64,000 nucleotides of DNA. Source: Octopus sinensis. Lineage: Eukaryota. Within the stretch, counting starts at the first letter, position 1; each line of letters begins with the position of its first letter. The stretch lies in assembly GCF_006345805.1 (NCBI RefSeq), contig NC_043009.1:3162001-3226000 (forward strand). The letters are read 5' to 3'. Positions 26,893 through 41,119 of this stretch are shown here, one piece after another. The notes below the pieces were generated by a model, which did no database searches, was not told the DNA's origin, and saw only the letters and a list, made by a program, of their open reading frames with translations. The translations under genes were made by a program, and so were the position numbers.

Positions 26893-27132
26893 CAAATTAT
26901 TGAAGCAGCTAGCTAGCTGATCCACGCATGCTTTTGAACACTTCCCCATTGAGAAACAAGAAAGATTTGTTCGTGTATGACTGGGCACAACACAAACATG
27001 AGAACGTTTTTCGATAGACACACGGCTTGGAGATGCTGCATAAGCATCCATATCCGGTGGTTCATAGCTAATGCCTGCTGTATAATAATCAACGCTGCCT
27101 TGTCGCAGAACAGTGGATTGGAAACGATTCAT
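26893..27132 (-). CDS. Candidate first coding exon of an unidentified host gene (80 aa, MNRFQSTVLRQGSVDYY...LASCFNNL)
   Basis: Non-repetitive ORF with protein-like composition, ATG start and phase-0 donor TTG|GTAATG; no family recognised. Confidence 0.45.
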
Positions 27133-27699
27133 TCCGATGACTTTTCAGAAAGGCAACTGCAACTTTCAGCCGGATTTTCTGACTTCACTAAAGGAACACA
27201 TCTCAGCAGATTAATTAGAGCACTGGATGGGTAGTAAGTCACCGAATCCGGATGGTCTGCTTACAAACGGAACACATTACGTTGCTACTGCCACGACGTG
27301 TCTCTCGTAAACAGGTAGGTTTCTATGAAACCATGAACACAATAAAGAGTATAAATCGAAGAGTGGTGACACCATCGAGAAAAGACAGAGGAGTCAGTGT
27401 ATATTTGAGCTTTTTAGGCCCATAAATTAAATGCCGGATGAGGTAGAGATAATGAATGTGTAATCGAAATAGTGCCGCTTAATCTAAGCAATGAGGTATC
27501 AAAACGGTTTTGTATTGCTCTCGTAGGGTAACAATAAGGTTCGCATTACTGTGTTGTGTGGTTAGTCACTGAAGTCTTAGAAGTGGAATACAAAGTAGGT
27601 GTGTTCTCGAAAGCGGACAAAGCAAACATTTTGTTTTCGGATACAATGGACAGATTCATTCTCCATATACATATATATGCACCAATCACAACCCCCCCC

Positions 27700-27734
<35 letters not shown>

Positions 27735-27736
27735 TA

Positions 27737-27800
<64 letters not shown>

Positions 27801-27926
27801 TTATATATTCATATATATATATATACATTCAATAGTTATCCATCCACCCATCCATCCATCTATCCATCCAGCCATTTATCTATAATATCTATCTATCTAT
27901 CTATCTATCTACGTCTATGTATGTTT

Positions 27927-27966
<40 letters not shown>

Positions 27967-28054
27967 TCATTTGTATGTTTTCTAACAAGGCAAATGCAAC
28001 ATAGTCCTGCTATCTCTCCACAACTATTACTTAATATTGGTTTCAAAGGTCAGC

Positions 28055-28330
28055 ACTGCGCTACATTGATCACATCTACGGCAGTGATCTCCGAAAGGAT
28101 GAAAGGCAAAGACGATCGCGGCACAATATGAACCCACAATGTAAAGACGGCCGAAATGCCGCTAACGTATATGCCTAATATTAATGACAGTATAAGGTGA
28201 CGGTCTGGAAGAAACTTTAGCACGCCGGGAAAAATACTTTGCGTAATTTCGTCCGTTTTTAGGTTTGAGTTCGAATTCCGCAGAGTTTGACTTTACACCC
28301 CACTCTAGGGGTAAATAAAATAAGTACCAT
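28055..28330. mobile_element. Two diverged, divergently oriented SINE B remnants
   Basis: CCGAAAGGATGAAAGGCAAAG (minus copy) and GAGTTCGAATTCCG..TAAGTACC (plus copy). Confidence 0.65.
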
Positions 28331-29492
28331 TTCTCCTAACACTACTGGCTTTAAGTCAGAGTTTGAAACCAATATTAATCGCAGAATATATAAAGCCGGG
28401 TCTTCTCCAACTCCGCTGGTCAACATGACGAGGTGGTCTAATTTTTGATAGGATGAGGCAGCCTAATGCCCCCTTTGGCCTCAGAAACATCACTGGCGAT
28501 GCATCCCAGAGCATCTGGTAGAGATATTTTACAGCTACTAATCCAATTTATTCTACGGTTTGCGGATACCTTTTTTTCTCAAATTTATACATACATTGCT
28601 GTCCACCCAGGCTTTATATCACTATTTAACCTTCGCGAGGCTGCAATCCAGCAGGTGTTTAACCAAAGCAATTTAATCTTTACCTACATTATCTTTTTAG
28701 TTATTGACGCATTATCGAATGTGACCTTTTGTTAAAGATACAATTGCGTGATGTGAAAACTATTTGGGTGATATTTCTAGCAGGCTACGAGTCTCAATAT
28801 AGAAAATTCTTTGTTTGCTTGTGTCTACTCAATTTTCCTTATCTGGATAATAACTGTAGTCCTGACTACAGCTAAGCTGAATTACAACATGCTTCATACA
28901 AAAGCTGAAAAAAAAAAACGATCCTTCGGTGTCAAAGCCGCATGACTAAGCCAAAATATAATGCTATCTCTAAATATTATAAACAGGAATGTCTTTTTTT
29001 TTCTTAAAGAATACTGCTCCATAGTATGTCTTTCTATGCAATATAACTTCACATATATTTGGTTTTATAGAGTAAACATCGCTGAAAAGAAGAGTGCACA
29101 ATTGGAACAGCCTTATATCATTCTTCCATACACTTTTACGAGATGTTCTGAGCAACTGATTTATGTTCCTAACCCTTTGTCTGGGTGTATTGAGCATTTT
29201 TTATTTATTTACTTTTTCACACGAGACCATCAGGTTCTGTGAAAGACACGTAATTTAGAGTAACGTATGCTTTCGTGTTTAACATGGCGAACAGTTTACA
29301 TCGTGTTTCCAGGGGAATTTCCTTTGTGAATGCAAGACGGTTTTATTGTGGAATCATTGTGTAAAAAGACATTCTCAAAGAAGTTATATTATATGAAGAA
29401 CGTAAAATCATAATTAATCGATTAAATTACTAACTACACTTACTGCTCCAGTCTTTACACCCTCATCCAATAATTTATTGTTCCAACATAAT

Positions 29493-29541
<49 letters not shown>

Positions 29542-31299
29542 GCTCACGCTGTCAGTTGTATTTTCTTTCTCTCTGTCGTTCACATACACGACCACCTCTC
29601 CCCCTTTCCTCACACACTTTCTCTGTCAAACACTCGATTTCTACATCCTTCTTTACGCGTTCCATCTACTTTGGATTTTATATCTTGTTTCACAGTTTTC
29701 TTTTCAAACCGTTTCTCCTTTTCTTATTTATCTTCTCAACTTATCCATTGAACACATTCTAACACACTATCTTACATAATATCGCTTCCTTATCTCCCTC
29801 TCATTCTCTGCAAGAATTTTCTTTCGTTGTTCACTTTTAAAAAGTACTCTCTCACTTTTCCAGTTTTTTTCTCCTTTTTCCTCTTGTTCGTTATTCTGTT
29901 TGTGCTACAGCCCCATAACTATATCGTAATTACATTACTCTCTTTCCCTCTCTTTCTCCTCGTTCTTTCACTTTGTTTCGCCATCTTTTTTTCTCTTTAT
30001 CGCTGTTCACTCTTTTCTTGTTGTCTTCCTGTATTACACTCCCATTCAATCGCGTACTCTTTAATTCACCGTCTCTCTTTTTCTCCATCTCTCGTCGCTT
30101 GACGAAATATGCATATGCAAAAGTCGTGCTATTAAGATTTCACTATTTCTCTTGATGTAATTAACACCTTTTTACTTACAAGCAATGGAACATATTTTCG
30201 ACATTAATTATATTTTCGTTGATTATTGGTATGAGGCATTTTTAGATATATTCTTCATCTATATTTACTACATATATAATTCCTTTTATTTGTTTTTGTT
30301 TCTCACCGCTTCTTTTCTCTCCGTTTGCTTTAAATGTTAGCTTTAATACAAACTGAAAACCAAAACAACAAAACAAAAATAATCAAATAAGATTTTTATG
30401 CAACGAAAGATTTAGTTTATTTCGTTTTAATAATTGGTGAGAAAATTGGTGTGAAAATGTTTCTATGATAATATTAAATAGATTGCGGTTAAAAGGATTA
30501 AAAGATGTATTTATATGTGGACAAGTTTATAGCAAAAGTATAGAATAATTTGAGCGATACTTATTAGATTTTCCAACTTCGTGGCATAGAAGTGAGGTGC
30601 GTTTAGATGCACATCATTATGCAGTGAAAGAACAATATGCAATTAAAATGTCTGCTTCTTTCTTTTATTCTACAAGCTAATGAAATACTTATTTATAGTT
30701 TGTTGTCTAACTCCGATGTTTTTATAATAATGTTATAAGCTGCTCTATATGAAACCTGGATAATTTGAAGATGTTTTCAAACTGAATGTAGGTATGAGCA
30801 ATATATGCGAGCATAAATTGAATTGTATATAATTCATAATATTGTTAGTGACCTCATTATAAACATCATTGACTGTGAACGACCCAAATGACTATACTGC
30901 AAGAGACAGTAGGATGCTTTATTTCATATATGTAGTGAGAAGCACCGTGTGTTTGTCCCTATCAGGTTTCTAGAATGCACAGTGAAGTTTTTTGATTTAT
31001 TGTCGTGTATTTCACAGGTAGTCTGTGTTAGTGGTGCTATTTTATCCCGTGGTGTTGTCGTTTAAACCCTAAGAGAGAAAACGTAACTATAGTAAAAAAA
31101 ATATATTTCTCACGCTGATCTTGTCACCTACACTCTGATCTTGTCTACTATTCTTTCTGACTTGTCCTGATGAGACAAAACCAGAGTGAAGAGGAAACAC
31201 GTCGTTGAAGAGGTCACCGAAGCTGTAACGAAAGAAGTCTGGCAAATAAACTAATAATTATTATAATTATAATAATAATAATAATAATGATGATAGTAA

Positions 31300-31645
31300 T
31301 AAAGAAAACAAGAAATAAATGGAGAAACTTTAAAAATACAAAGACATGGAAATAGACGTAACTCGAATGTAAAATCTAAAAACAGAAACAATTCCTATCA
31401 TAGTGGGTGCATTAGGTATGATAAAAAAAATATTCAGTCAAATCCATAACAAAAACACCAGGACTTACAGATATATATAATATACAGAAAATTGCACTAC
31501 TAGGCACTGCACACATCCTATGCAAAACACTTTCAATACAGTAACCATCAGAGCATCACAACAAATCACAGCACATACCCAAGGCACACAGAGCTGCGCT
31601 CGGTAGTGAAGTGAAAGCACGCTATAAAAATAAAACTACTGAATG
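31300..31645 (+). mobile_element. R4/Dong-type LINE 3' fragment with 3' UTR, in (TAA)n
   Basis: KYKDMEIDV..TETIPIIVGALG..IQKIALLGTAHILCKTL; (TAA)n on both sides. Confidence 0.85.
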
Positions 31646-31658
31646 ATAATAATAATGA

Positions 31659-31731
<73 letters not shown>

Positions 31732-31749
31732 ATAATAATAATAATAATA

Positions 31750-31781
<32 letters not shown>

Positions 31782-31999
31782 TTAATCATAATAATGCACC
31801 TATATTGTAGATCAAATAAACAGTGCGTGTGGTTCTTGGCAAAAGATGACCAACCACAAATATAATAGTAGCTGTTACAATACAGGATTTCACATCAAGA
31901 ATATTGCAAAAACGAAGTCATAAGTGTAAACTGAGTCAGTCTCGCGATCCTGTTGTCCGCTAGATGATGGTAGGGATTCGCTCTCCCTGCTAGTAATAT

Positions 32000-32231
32000 A
32001 TACCTATTTCTTTACTACCCACAAGGGGCTAAACATAGAGAGGACAAACAAGGACAGATAAACAGATTAAATCGATTATATCGACCCCAGTGCGTAACTG
32101 GTACTTATTTAAACGACCCCGAAAGGATGAAAGGCAAAGTCGACTTCGGCGGAATTTGAACTCAGAACGTAGCAGCAGACGAAATACTGCTGAGCATTTC
32201 GCCCGGCGTGCTAACGTTTCTGCCAGTTCGC
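32000..32231 (-). mobile_element. SINE family B
   Basis: Near-identical to 24200-24432. Confidence 0.9.
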
Positions 32232-32753
32232 TAGCAATATATACTGTTTTATAGAAGGTACAGCGTCACTCCAATAACCAGACGGCAGAAGATCTGCCTA
32301 GTGTTAAACGAGTAGTAACAGGAAACAATCACTTTGATGTGGCGATTGACTTTACTTGTTAGTAGAGTATCTGCGTTGACCTCTTCTTGAGATTTTGCAA
32401 CCAGCTATCTTGCTTCTTACAAATCAGTGACTGATGGTTACTTCGTTTAAAATATATTCCTGGCTGGAGCAGACCCTGACTATCGCTCTGGTGATCAGGT
32501 AATCGGAATGAAGAGGAGCCAAGCAGCTCGAAACTGGGTTAGTCTTTCTTGATCCTGTTGTCTACTGGAGAATGGTATGGGTTCGCCACGCCTCCTAGAA
32601 ATATATATTGTATAAAAAGGGTGCAGCGTCGCACCGATAACCAGCTGATGGAAATCTGCCCTGGAGTTAAACTAGTAGTATCATGGAACAGCAACGTAAA
32701 TGCGGCAATAGACTTTAATGATGTATATATGTGTATATATGTATATGTATATA

Positions 32754-33085
32754 GGCGCGTAGCTCAGTGGTTAGAGCGTCGAGCTTAAGATCTTGAGGTT
32801 GTGAGCTCGAATCCCGGACCGGGCTGCGTGTTGTGTTCTTGAGCAAGACACTCTATTTCACGTTGCTCCAGTTCACTCAGCTGTAGAAATGAGTTGCGAC
32901 GTCACAGGTGCCAAGCTGTATCGGCCTTTGCCTTTCCCTTGGACAACATCGGTGACGTGGAGAGGGGAGGCCGGTATGCATGGGGGACTGCTGTTCTTCC
33001 ATGAAACAACCTTGCCCAGACTTGTGCCTCAGAGAGTAACTCTCTAGGTGAAAACCCATGGTCAGTGTCTGACCGAAGGGGGTCA
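32754..33085 (+). mobile_element. SINE family D (tRNA head plus CORE-like domain)
   Basis: GGCGCGTAGCTCAGTGGTTAGAGCG..TCGAATCCC; TGTGTTCTTGAGCAAGACAC..CAGCTGTAGAAATGAG. Confidence 0.88.
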
Positions 33086-33299
33086 CTACACTATATATAT
33101 ATATATACTCGCACATAAGATGACACAAACATATCTGATGAACTTTGTTGGGTTACGGCCGTTTCTACAATGATACGGAGTAGATTCATAGTTGAGTGCT
33201 TAAGTAACACGTGAGAACTTCATCATTACCTCGAATACGAAGTGCATTGTATTTCGGAGAAGAATTACACTAATGCATATATATATATATGTATATATA

Positions 33300-33341
<42 letters not shown>

Positions 33342-33479
33342 AAAAGCATCACCAGTGGAAAATCCAATACGTGCGGCGGGAGTGAAAGTCAAGCGCTTCT
33401 CCCATAAATATAGGCATGAATTTAATTTGACATAATTTTTGTTAACACTGTGAGTAACCTCATTATACACATAGTATCC

Positions 33480-33588
<109 letters not shown>

Positions 33589-33667
33589 GTGTATCTATCT
33601 ATCTATCTATCTATCTATCTGTCTGTCTATCTATCTATCTCTCTAGCTATTTATAAATATATATGCT

Positions 33668-33717
<50 letters not shown>

Positions 33718-33756
33718 AATATATACATATATATATAAAGACACACAGACACACGC

Positions 33757-33836
<80 letters not shown>

Positions 33837-34411
33837 CATATATACATACATACATATACATACGTATATAAATATGCACTTGAAAGTCCTGAATTTCACA
33901 CCTCAGTCACAAATAAGGCACCAGGAAATCTTCCAATTGGAAGAGCCACTTGCAGGTCAGACGACGCCCCACACGTGAAAAACTAATTGTATTTGGCTGG
34001 AAAACAGTGGTTGCGTGTCCATGAGAACCAATGTTATTTCAAATGTACTCATCAGCGGAACATGCAATCGGAAAAATGTATCAAGACAACTGTAACTCTG
34101 CTGAAGAAGAATATCATCTCCCAAAAAATTAAAATTAAATAATTATGACAGAAAAATATTAAGATTTTAGAAAAAAACGTTAGTATCAATATGCTTTGAA
34201 CATCACTGCTTATTCGTGTGTGTTTTCATATCTGAGTGCATACGTGTGAGTGCACGTGTCTGTGTGTGTGTATATATATATATTGGACTGCTCGCTTAGC
34301 CAGCGGGGTGGCGTCATTTGAAGGCTAAAACAATGCGAAGTGCATTGTGACCAGCGATGTGTAGCGACATCTGAAAGCCTGGTCGGTCACGGTGATCACA
34401 GTGATATATAT

Positions 34412-35445
34412 TGTTACGAACCTGCCGTCGCTCAACTCGAACCCTAGACCCTACTAAGTCGAGCGACGACGATGACCAGGCTCAGTCAAACGGAATCCGC
34501 CACAGAGAAAAACGGTGGTGGAGATGGCAGCGAACTCAAAACGGCGACCGGAGATAACAACAACAACAACAAGAAATGAGAGAGACACGGTGGAAGGCAA
34601 TTGCTTGCATTTAAGAACAGATTATACAATTATTACAACATCAAATAAAACGTAATACATATCAGATACATTAAAGAAAATAACATGCAACAGAATTAAA
34701 AAGAAAAACAACCAATGCATTTAAACATAACACGACGTTCGAAATCAATCAAAACATTAATGTTTAACGCAATATAGAGTTCGAAACAGTTCAAATTAAA
34801 GTCTTTCTCTTTCCTTCTTTCTCTTTCTTTAACACAACGTTCTTTTCCTTTGATTTCTTCCTCTTTTCCTCAATTCACAGTTCTCTTTTTTTTTTACACA
34901 ATTCTTTTTCTCTTCAACAATTCTTTTTTTCAACACAGTTCACAATTTACGTCATAATCTCGTCTCTTTTACATTTCACATCGAAAACATAAACAAAACA
35001 TACCGCATATTTCCTCGTTCACAAACTCCTACTACAAACATTCTAGCCTTCTCGCCGTAATCTCCCTCATTTCCTTTCTATTGACATGTTCTCAATACTA
35101 TCTGCCTGTCTTTCTCGCCTCTTGCCAACTGTCATCTCTACATCGACCCTCACGCCAGCTACCCTGTAGCCAACTGACTGTCTCAGGCAAAACTGACCAA
35201 CCCAGGCCAACTCTCTCTCGCCAACTGCCCTGATGCCAACTGACCAACAAACTCCCAGCTCCCGCATTTTAAAGGGTAGCAGATTTATTTTTTCTTAAAC
35301 TTTCCCTGACCGGAAAGGGTCAGATGTCTCTTCCAAACTCATTAATTTCTCTAGAAATTGAGAGGACAAAGGCTTTTCCCTGTCTGTCTTGCGCCAAACC
35401 ATAAAACCAGGCCATAGTACTCTTTCTCCGAATGACCCCGTATCA
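34412..35445 (-). mobile_element. Solo LTR, probably Gypsy-type
   Basis: Termini TGTTACG...CGTATCA (TG..CA, 6/7 inverted match); flanks ATAT/CTAT; minus-strand TTTAAAA followed by repeated CAGTT; no ORF. Confidence 0.65.
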
Positions 35446-35476
35446 CTATATATATATAGAACCCCAGCGATGTTGC

Positions 35477-36385
35477 ACACCTGCAACAGCAGTTGGACTC
35501 AAGTACAGATGGGCTGAGGATAACAGTATGCAGTTTAATGCTGAAAATTCCAAGCCCTGCACTACCAGCATCCAAAACTGAATATGAAACTTACAGGGTA
35601 CACCGGTCCACAGGGAATTTCAGTCCCAGAGCCTAAGTCAGTGAGTCACCTGGGTATCGACATGAGTGATGATACCTCTTTACAAGTGCACATGATCAGT
35701 ATGGCAACAAAGTGCAGACGACTGGCTGGATGAATCCTAACAACATTCAGAACCAGAGATAAGGAAACCATGATGGTCCTCAGGCGGACATTCATCCTTA
35801 GCCGCCTGGATTACGGCTCACAGCTATGGTCAAACACCAGTGTGAAATTAACAGCGGACCTTGAAGCAATCCAGAGAAGATTCAGAAAGAAGATCGTCAG
35901 CTCAGCTACTGTGAAAGGTTGAAACTGCTAAGACTCTACTGCTTGGAGAGAAGACGAGAGAGGTATGCAGTAATATATATCTGGAAGATCTTGGAAGGGA
36001 CTGTGCCAAATTTTGGCATTGAAAGCTACACCAATGCCAGAACGGGACGACACTGCATAGTGGCAAAGATCCCAGCAACGCCATCGTGCTTCAGGACCAG
36101 CTACTGCAACAGCCTGGGTTTCAGAGGCCCACAGCTTTTTAATATTCTCCCAAATAGCTTGAGGAACCTGCACAAAGTAGATGTAGGCGTTTTTAAATCA
36201 AAGCTGAACCTCTTCCTGTCGAGAGTCCCAGATTAACCTATCTCACGGCAAGAGGTGAAAATGGGGGTAGCTATATCAAACTCCATTCTTCACCAAGCGT
36301 CATATATAGGAGGAGGCTCTTAGTAATAACAGTGTAGCAATACGGCAGTTCATCAGCATGGCCGCAGCTCTGAGCTGAAAGTAGA
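35477..36385 (+). mobile_element. 5'-truncated CR1/L2-group LINE (RT C-terminus and 3' UTR), frameshifted
   Basis: WAEDNSMQFNAE, HLGIDMSDD, SRLDYGSQLWS, LEAIQRRF, ERLKLLRLYCLERRRER, GPQLFNILP; in-frame stops. Confidence 0.9.
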
Positions 36386-36388
36386 GGG

Positions 36389-36436
<48 letters not shown>

Positions 36437-36888
36437 TGAGAGAGAGAGAGAGAGAGAAACAGACGTGTGTTTGTGAGAGCTTAGTTAGCATTGCATACAC
36501 ACATACACACACACTCACAAAAACACACAAACACACACAGACAGACACACACTCTCACACATATAGATTCACACACGTATACGCACACACGCACATACAA
36601 ACGCGCACTCATAAAGTAAAACAGTTGTCAGTGTTCTTGCTTATTTTCTTGATATTCACCTAAGACATCTTCTAGACACATACTAGCATCTATAGAAGTA
36701 TACATAGTCACATATGAACACAACCCGACATATATACGGAGAGAGAGAGGGAGAGAGGGAGACGCACACTATACACATGCATATATATATATATTATATA
36801 TATATATATATATACACACACAGAAATGGGTGTGTGTGCATGCGCGTACCTTTCGTTGTATTTGTCGTGCATGGTGTTCGTATGCCTG

Positions 36889-36941
<53 letters not shown>

Positions 36942-37639
36942 CTATATATATATATATATATATATATATGTTCCTCTAAGCACAATAGAGAAAGGGACAA
37001 TATTTCATTATACTTTCCTCCTTCGCCTCCGTTCCCAACCTCCTTTCTATTTACTACCTGTTCCAATTACAATGCATGTGGTAATTATTCCTGTCTATGC
37101 CATAAACACCTACTCCAGACATCATTATACGGAATCTGACTTTTGTTTCATATGATACAATAGATCTCAGGTGTGCTTTAATCATTTGCGAAAGGATGGC
37201 CATTCTCAAAACAGACATTGTATTGTTCTTTATATTTATCGGTTGACAACACCAAGTTAATCATAATAATTACTTCGTTATTTGTCACAGGGGCCCTTGC
37301 ATATAATATAAAACAGTTCATGCAAAAGTGTTACAAGCCAGGGAAATATATATATGTTATATATACACAGACACACACACATATGTATACACATTACAGA
37401 CGCACACTCATACACGAACATTCACATACAGACACATATGTATATACACACGTACAGGCATGTATATGAGTAGTTAACAGATGAGGTTCGAAGAAGTTCA
37501 ATATGGAAAACATATAGTAGCGCTGAGATACTTAGGACTTACACTCCCAAATCTTTATCGAAGACTAAGTCTTCATAATGTGTGATTATATGTATACGCT
37601 TATGTATGTATGTATGTATGTATGGATGGATGGATGTGT

Positions 37640-38017
37640 GGAGGCGCAATGACCCAGTGCTTAGGACAGCGGACTCGCGGTCGAAGGATCGCGGTGTCGA
37701 TTCCCAGACCGGGTGCTGTGAACGTTTATTGAGCGAAAACACCTAAAGTTCTAACGAGGCTCCGTCAGGGAACGGTCGCGAACTCTCCTGTACTTTTTCA
37801 CCACAACTTTCATTCTTTCTTCCTGTTTCTGTTGTACCAGTATTTCAAAGGGCCAGCCTTGACACACTCTGTGTCACGCTCGATCTCCCCGAGAACAACG
37901 TTAAGGGTGCACGTGTCTGTGGAGTGCTCAGCCAGTTGCACGTTAATTTCGCGAGCAGGCTGTTCTGTTGATCAGATCAACTGGAACCCTCGTCGTCGTA
38001 TCCGACGGAGTACCAAC
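37640..38017 (+). mobile_element. SINE family C, tail type 3
   Basis: Family C head and body; distinct tail ending CCCTCGTCGTCGTATCCGACGGAGTACCAAC. Confidence 0.85.
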
Positions 38018-38082
38018 ATGCATGTATGTATATATATAAATACATATATGTATGTATATATATATATATAGATATATATATA

Positions 38083-38125
<43 letters not shown>

Positions 38126-38885
38126 ATGTACACACACTCATAAATATTATTTTAAAAACAGTTCTATTTCTATTCCTATACTTCGCTATATTATTATGTT
38201 TACACATTCACATTTATGTATTTATATGTCCACATGTAATTTTAATATTCCTATATTTTTTCTATTTTCAGTATATTAATATATCTTTTATATTTGGGCA
38301 ATATTTCTCTCAATTAAATCCGTACACATATGTGGTCATTGTAGTTTGCCTAACTTTTCCATTTTACTTATTATACCTGCCTAACGTCGCACTTTCGACT
38401 TGAGCACTCCTATGCGGTCTATAAATATAAATATATATATATACATATATATACATATACGTGTGCATATATATAATATATATATATATATATTATATAT
38501 ATATATAATATCTATATATATATATATATATATTATATTGAGGGTACTACTATTCGTAGATACCAACACGCTAAGAGGGACCAATTGTTAATATATATAT
38601 ATATATTATAATATATATATAATATATATATAATATATATATATATATTTATATATATATATATATATATATGTACATATATATATATAATATATATATA
38701 TATACATACATACATATAAGAGGGCTGACCACTAAGAAAGGAATGTTCTCAAGGAAGTTTAGCAAACTTAGTGGTCACCCTCTTATATGTATGTAATATA
38801 ATTTTTCTGAAACTTCAGATTTTTCCATATGCTAGACCGCTGATTTTAAATTTGTATATATATATATATATAATATATATATATA

Positions 38886-39040
38886 TTCTCTCCTTGTTTG
38901 TTTCTGTGTTCCTTTCTGTGGAAGAGCGCAGGCTCGAAACGTAAAATACTTTTTCAATTCCCGAGCGTTGTACTAATACATCTGTTTGTTTTCTCCACCA
39001 CCTGTCTTCGTCTTTTGTTTTTTTTCGTGAATTCTCTCTC
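38886..39040 (+). mobile_element. Short (TA)n-embedded repeat with hammerhead-like core
   Basis: CUGUGGA-A-GAGC gcag GCUC-GAAAC-GUA at ~38916-38943; related fragment at 19520-19615. Confidence 0.45.
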
Positions 39041-39094
39041 TCTATGTGTATATATATATATATATATATAATATATATATATATATCTATATAT

Positions 39095-39144
<50 letters not shown>

Positions 39145-39895
39145 TATGCTTGTATGTATCTATGTGTCTATGTGTGCGTGAGTGTATGTCATGAACTAGT
39201 GAAACAATGTAAATTATTTTCTAAACATTGGGCCAAAATGGAATGGTAACCTATTACATATGGAAGAACAGAACATCCATGTTTTCTGACCGCATTCACT
39301 CCAGTTCTTGAGACTTAGGGCCTAAAATGTTGCCCATAAGAATATTTAGTGTGCTATTGTCTATCGTAGGATGCAACCGTTCTTAATCATTTCAACTTAA
39401 TCTATTAGTACTTTTAACCAACACTAGATCCGTTACTTAACTGATAAAGTAATGTATTAAAACAATATTTCGGGTAATTTTTTGAGCTGATTCCAATATG
39501 ATAAAAGCATTCCTTTACTTTTGCATAACTAGACATCAACTCCCTCTTTAATCATCCAATCCTTGTCGTTTCCTAACCGTTCTATGATACTTACATTCCA
39601 GTTTTATACACATTCTCGCTCCACACCTCGTTTTCAGTAATCATAACAGGAGACCGAATCTCGCTTTCCTTAACTTCGTTGAAACAAGGTAATTTTTTCA
39701 GATTATATTATGATTTCAAAGCATTAAGATCTCCCTTTGCAATACTTTATCTCATAATGATGAGAATAATGAATATAAATAACAACATTCTTTTCCAATT
39801 ATTGAGACAATTCTGTGTGGTGGAGCTCGGCTGAAATGAAACGCAGAACGTAAAGACATACGGAATGCGGCTAAGCATTTTCTCCATCGTAATAG

Positions 39896-39947
<52 letters not shown>

Positions 39948-40089
39948 ACATAACAACAACAACAACAACAATAATCATGATAATAATGATTTAACGTGAC
40001 TTACAATATCAATATCATTAACTGATCAATAACTGAAATATATATTCTTGACAGGAAAATACGAAAATTGTTGACAATGTAAAGAATGC

Positions 40090-40970
40090 ACCACACTAAG
40101 TTAGATATAGAATGACTTACCTGCCAAGAAAAGAAGATGACCGTGGACATTTATGACTGGAATTCACAATGAAGATTGTCACAGTTGGCCTAAACACCTA
40201 CCTGGAAAACTCTGATGTTAAAACCTGTCTTAAAGCATGAAAACAAGAAAGCATCATAATCAGTAACAAAACAGGCAAAGGAATATCTAAGTGAATTCAA
40301 AATACAACCTGTGCAAACACTACTGCCTTAGATATTCTTACTGATAAATGTCAACAAACACCTTCTCAATGGCAAATACGCAAATAGAGCTAATAATGCC
40401 GATATTGACAAAGCCCTGACCCATCAATGGTTAGAGTCTTCTGGTTTAACATCAGAAACAGAAGGGCTTATCATAGCAGCCCAAGATGAAAGCTTACCTA
40501 CAAGGAACTACCAGGCTAACATATTAAAGAACGGCAGTAGTCCAACATGTGTATGTAGATAACAAAATTAAACCATTGAGAATGTTGTCTCCATGTGCAG
40601 TCTTCTTGCGCCATCAGAGTATCTTAACAAGAATGATAGAGCAGCACAAAACACTCACTGGGTAATTTGCAAAAGCCTGGACGTGCCTCATATAAAAACT
40701 GCTGGGAACACAAGCCACCTCCAGTAATTGAAAATGATCATATCCCACTCCTCTGGAACTTCACCGTTCTAACTGACAGAAAGATAAACGCGAATAGACC
40801 TGACATTATATTGGAAAACTTCAGACAAAAATCATGCCTCCTCATTGATATGACTGTCCCAATCGATATAAATGTATGTGTCAAGACCTACCAAAAACTG
40901 AGCAAGTATAAAGATCTTGAAATAGAAATTGGCAAAATGTGGAACATCAAGACTAACACAATATCTGTAG
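40090..40970 (+). mobile_element. R4/Dong-type (restriction-like endonuclease) LINE fragment, decayed
   Basis: HQWL..SETEGLIIAAQD..LPTRNY, zinc-knuckle remnant, LLWNF..TDRKINANRPDII..LIDMTVP..KLSKYKDL. Confidence 0.9.
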
Positions 40971-41119
40971 CACACATATGTTTGTGATGCATGTGCCTGC
41001 TGTACTCTTATCAGACGGGTACTCATGATCGGTATATTGGCTTTCGTATATTTGTACCCTAGTGTCACTTTGATAACACGCACTGGTCTCTCAATCAATA
41101 ATAATAATGATACTAATAA

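Noticed and set aside
26893-26920. Assigning the candidate exon to the SLCO/OATP family from SCFNNL-K
   Set aside because: The similarity is only a few residues and no transmembrane exons were found
32508-32540. AUGAAGA-G-GAGC caagca GCUC-GAAAC ugg GUU hammerhead-like string
   Set aside because: No stem I and position 3 cannot pair with G8; single occurrence
32754-32826. tRNA genes at SINE heads (also 6427, 11695, 37640)
   Set aside because: They run directly into SINE bodies and lack a complete cloverleaf
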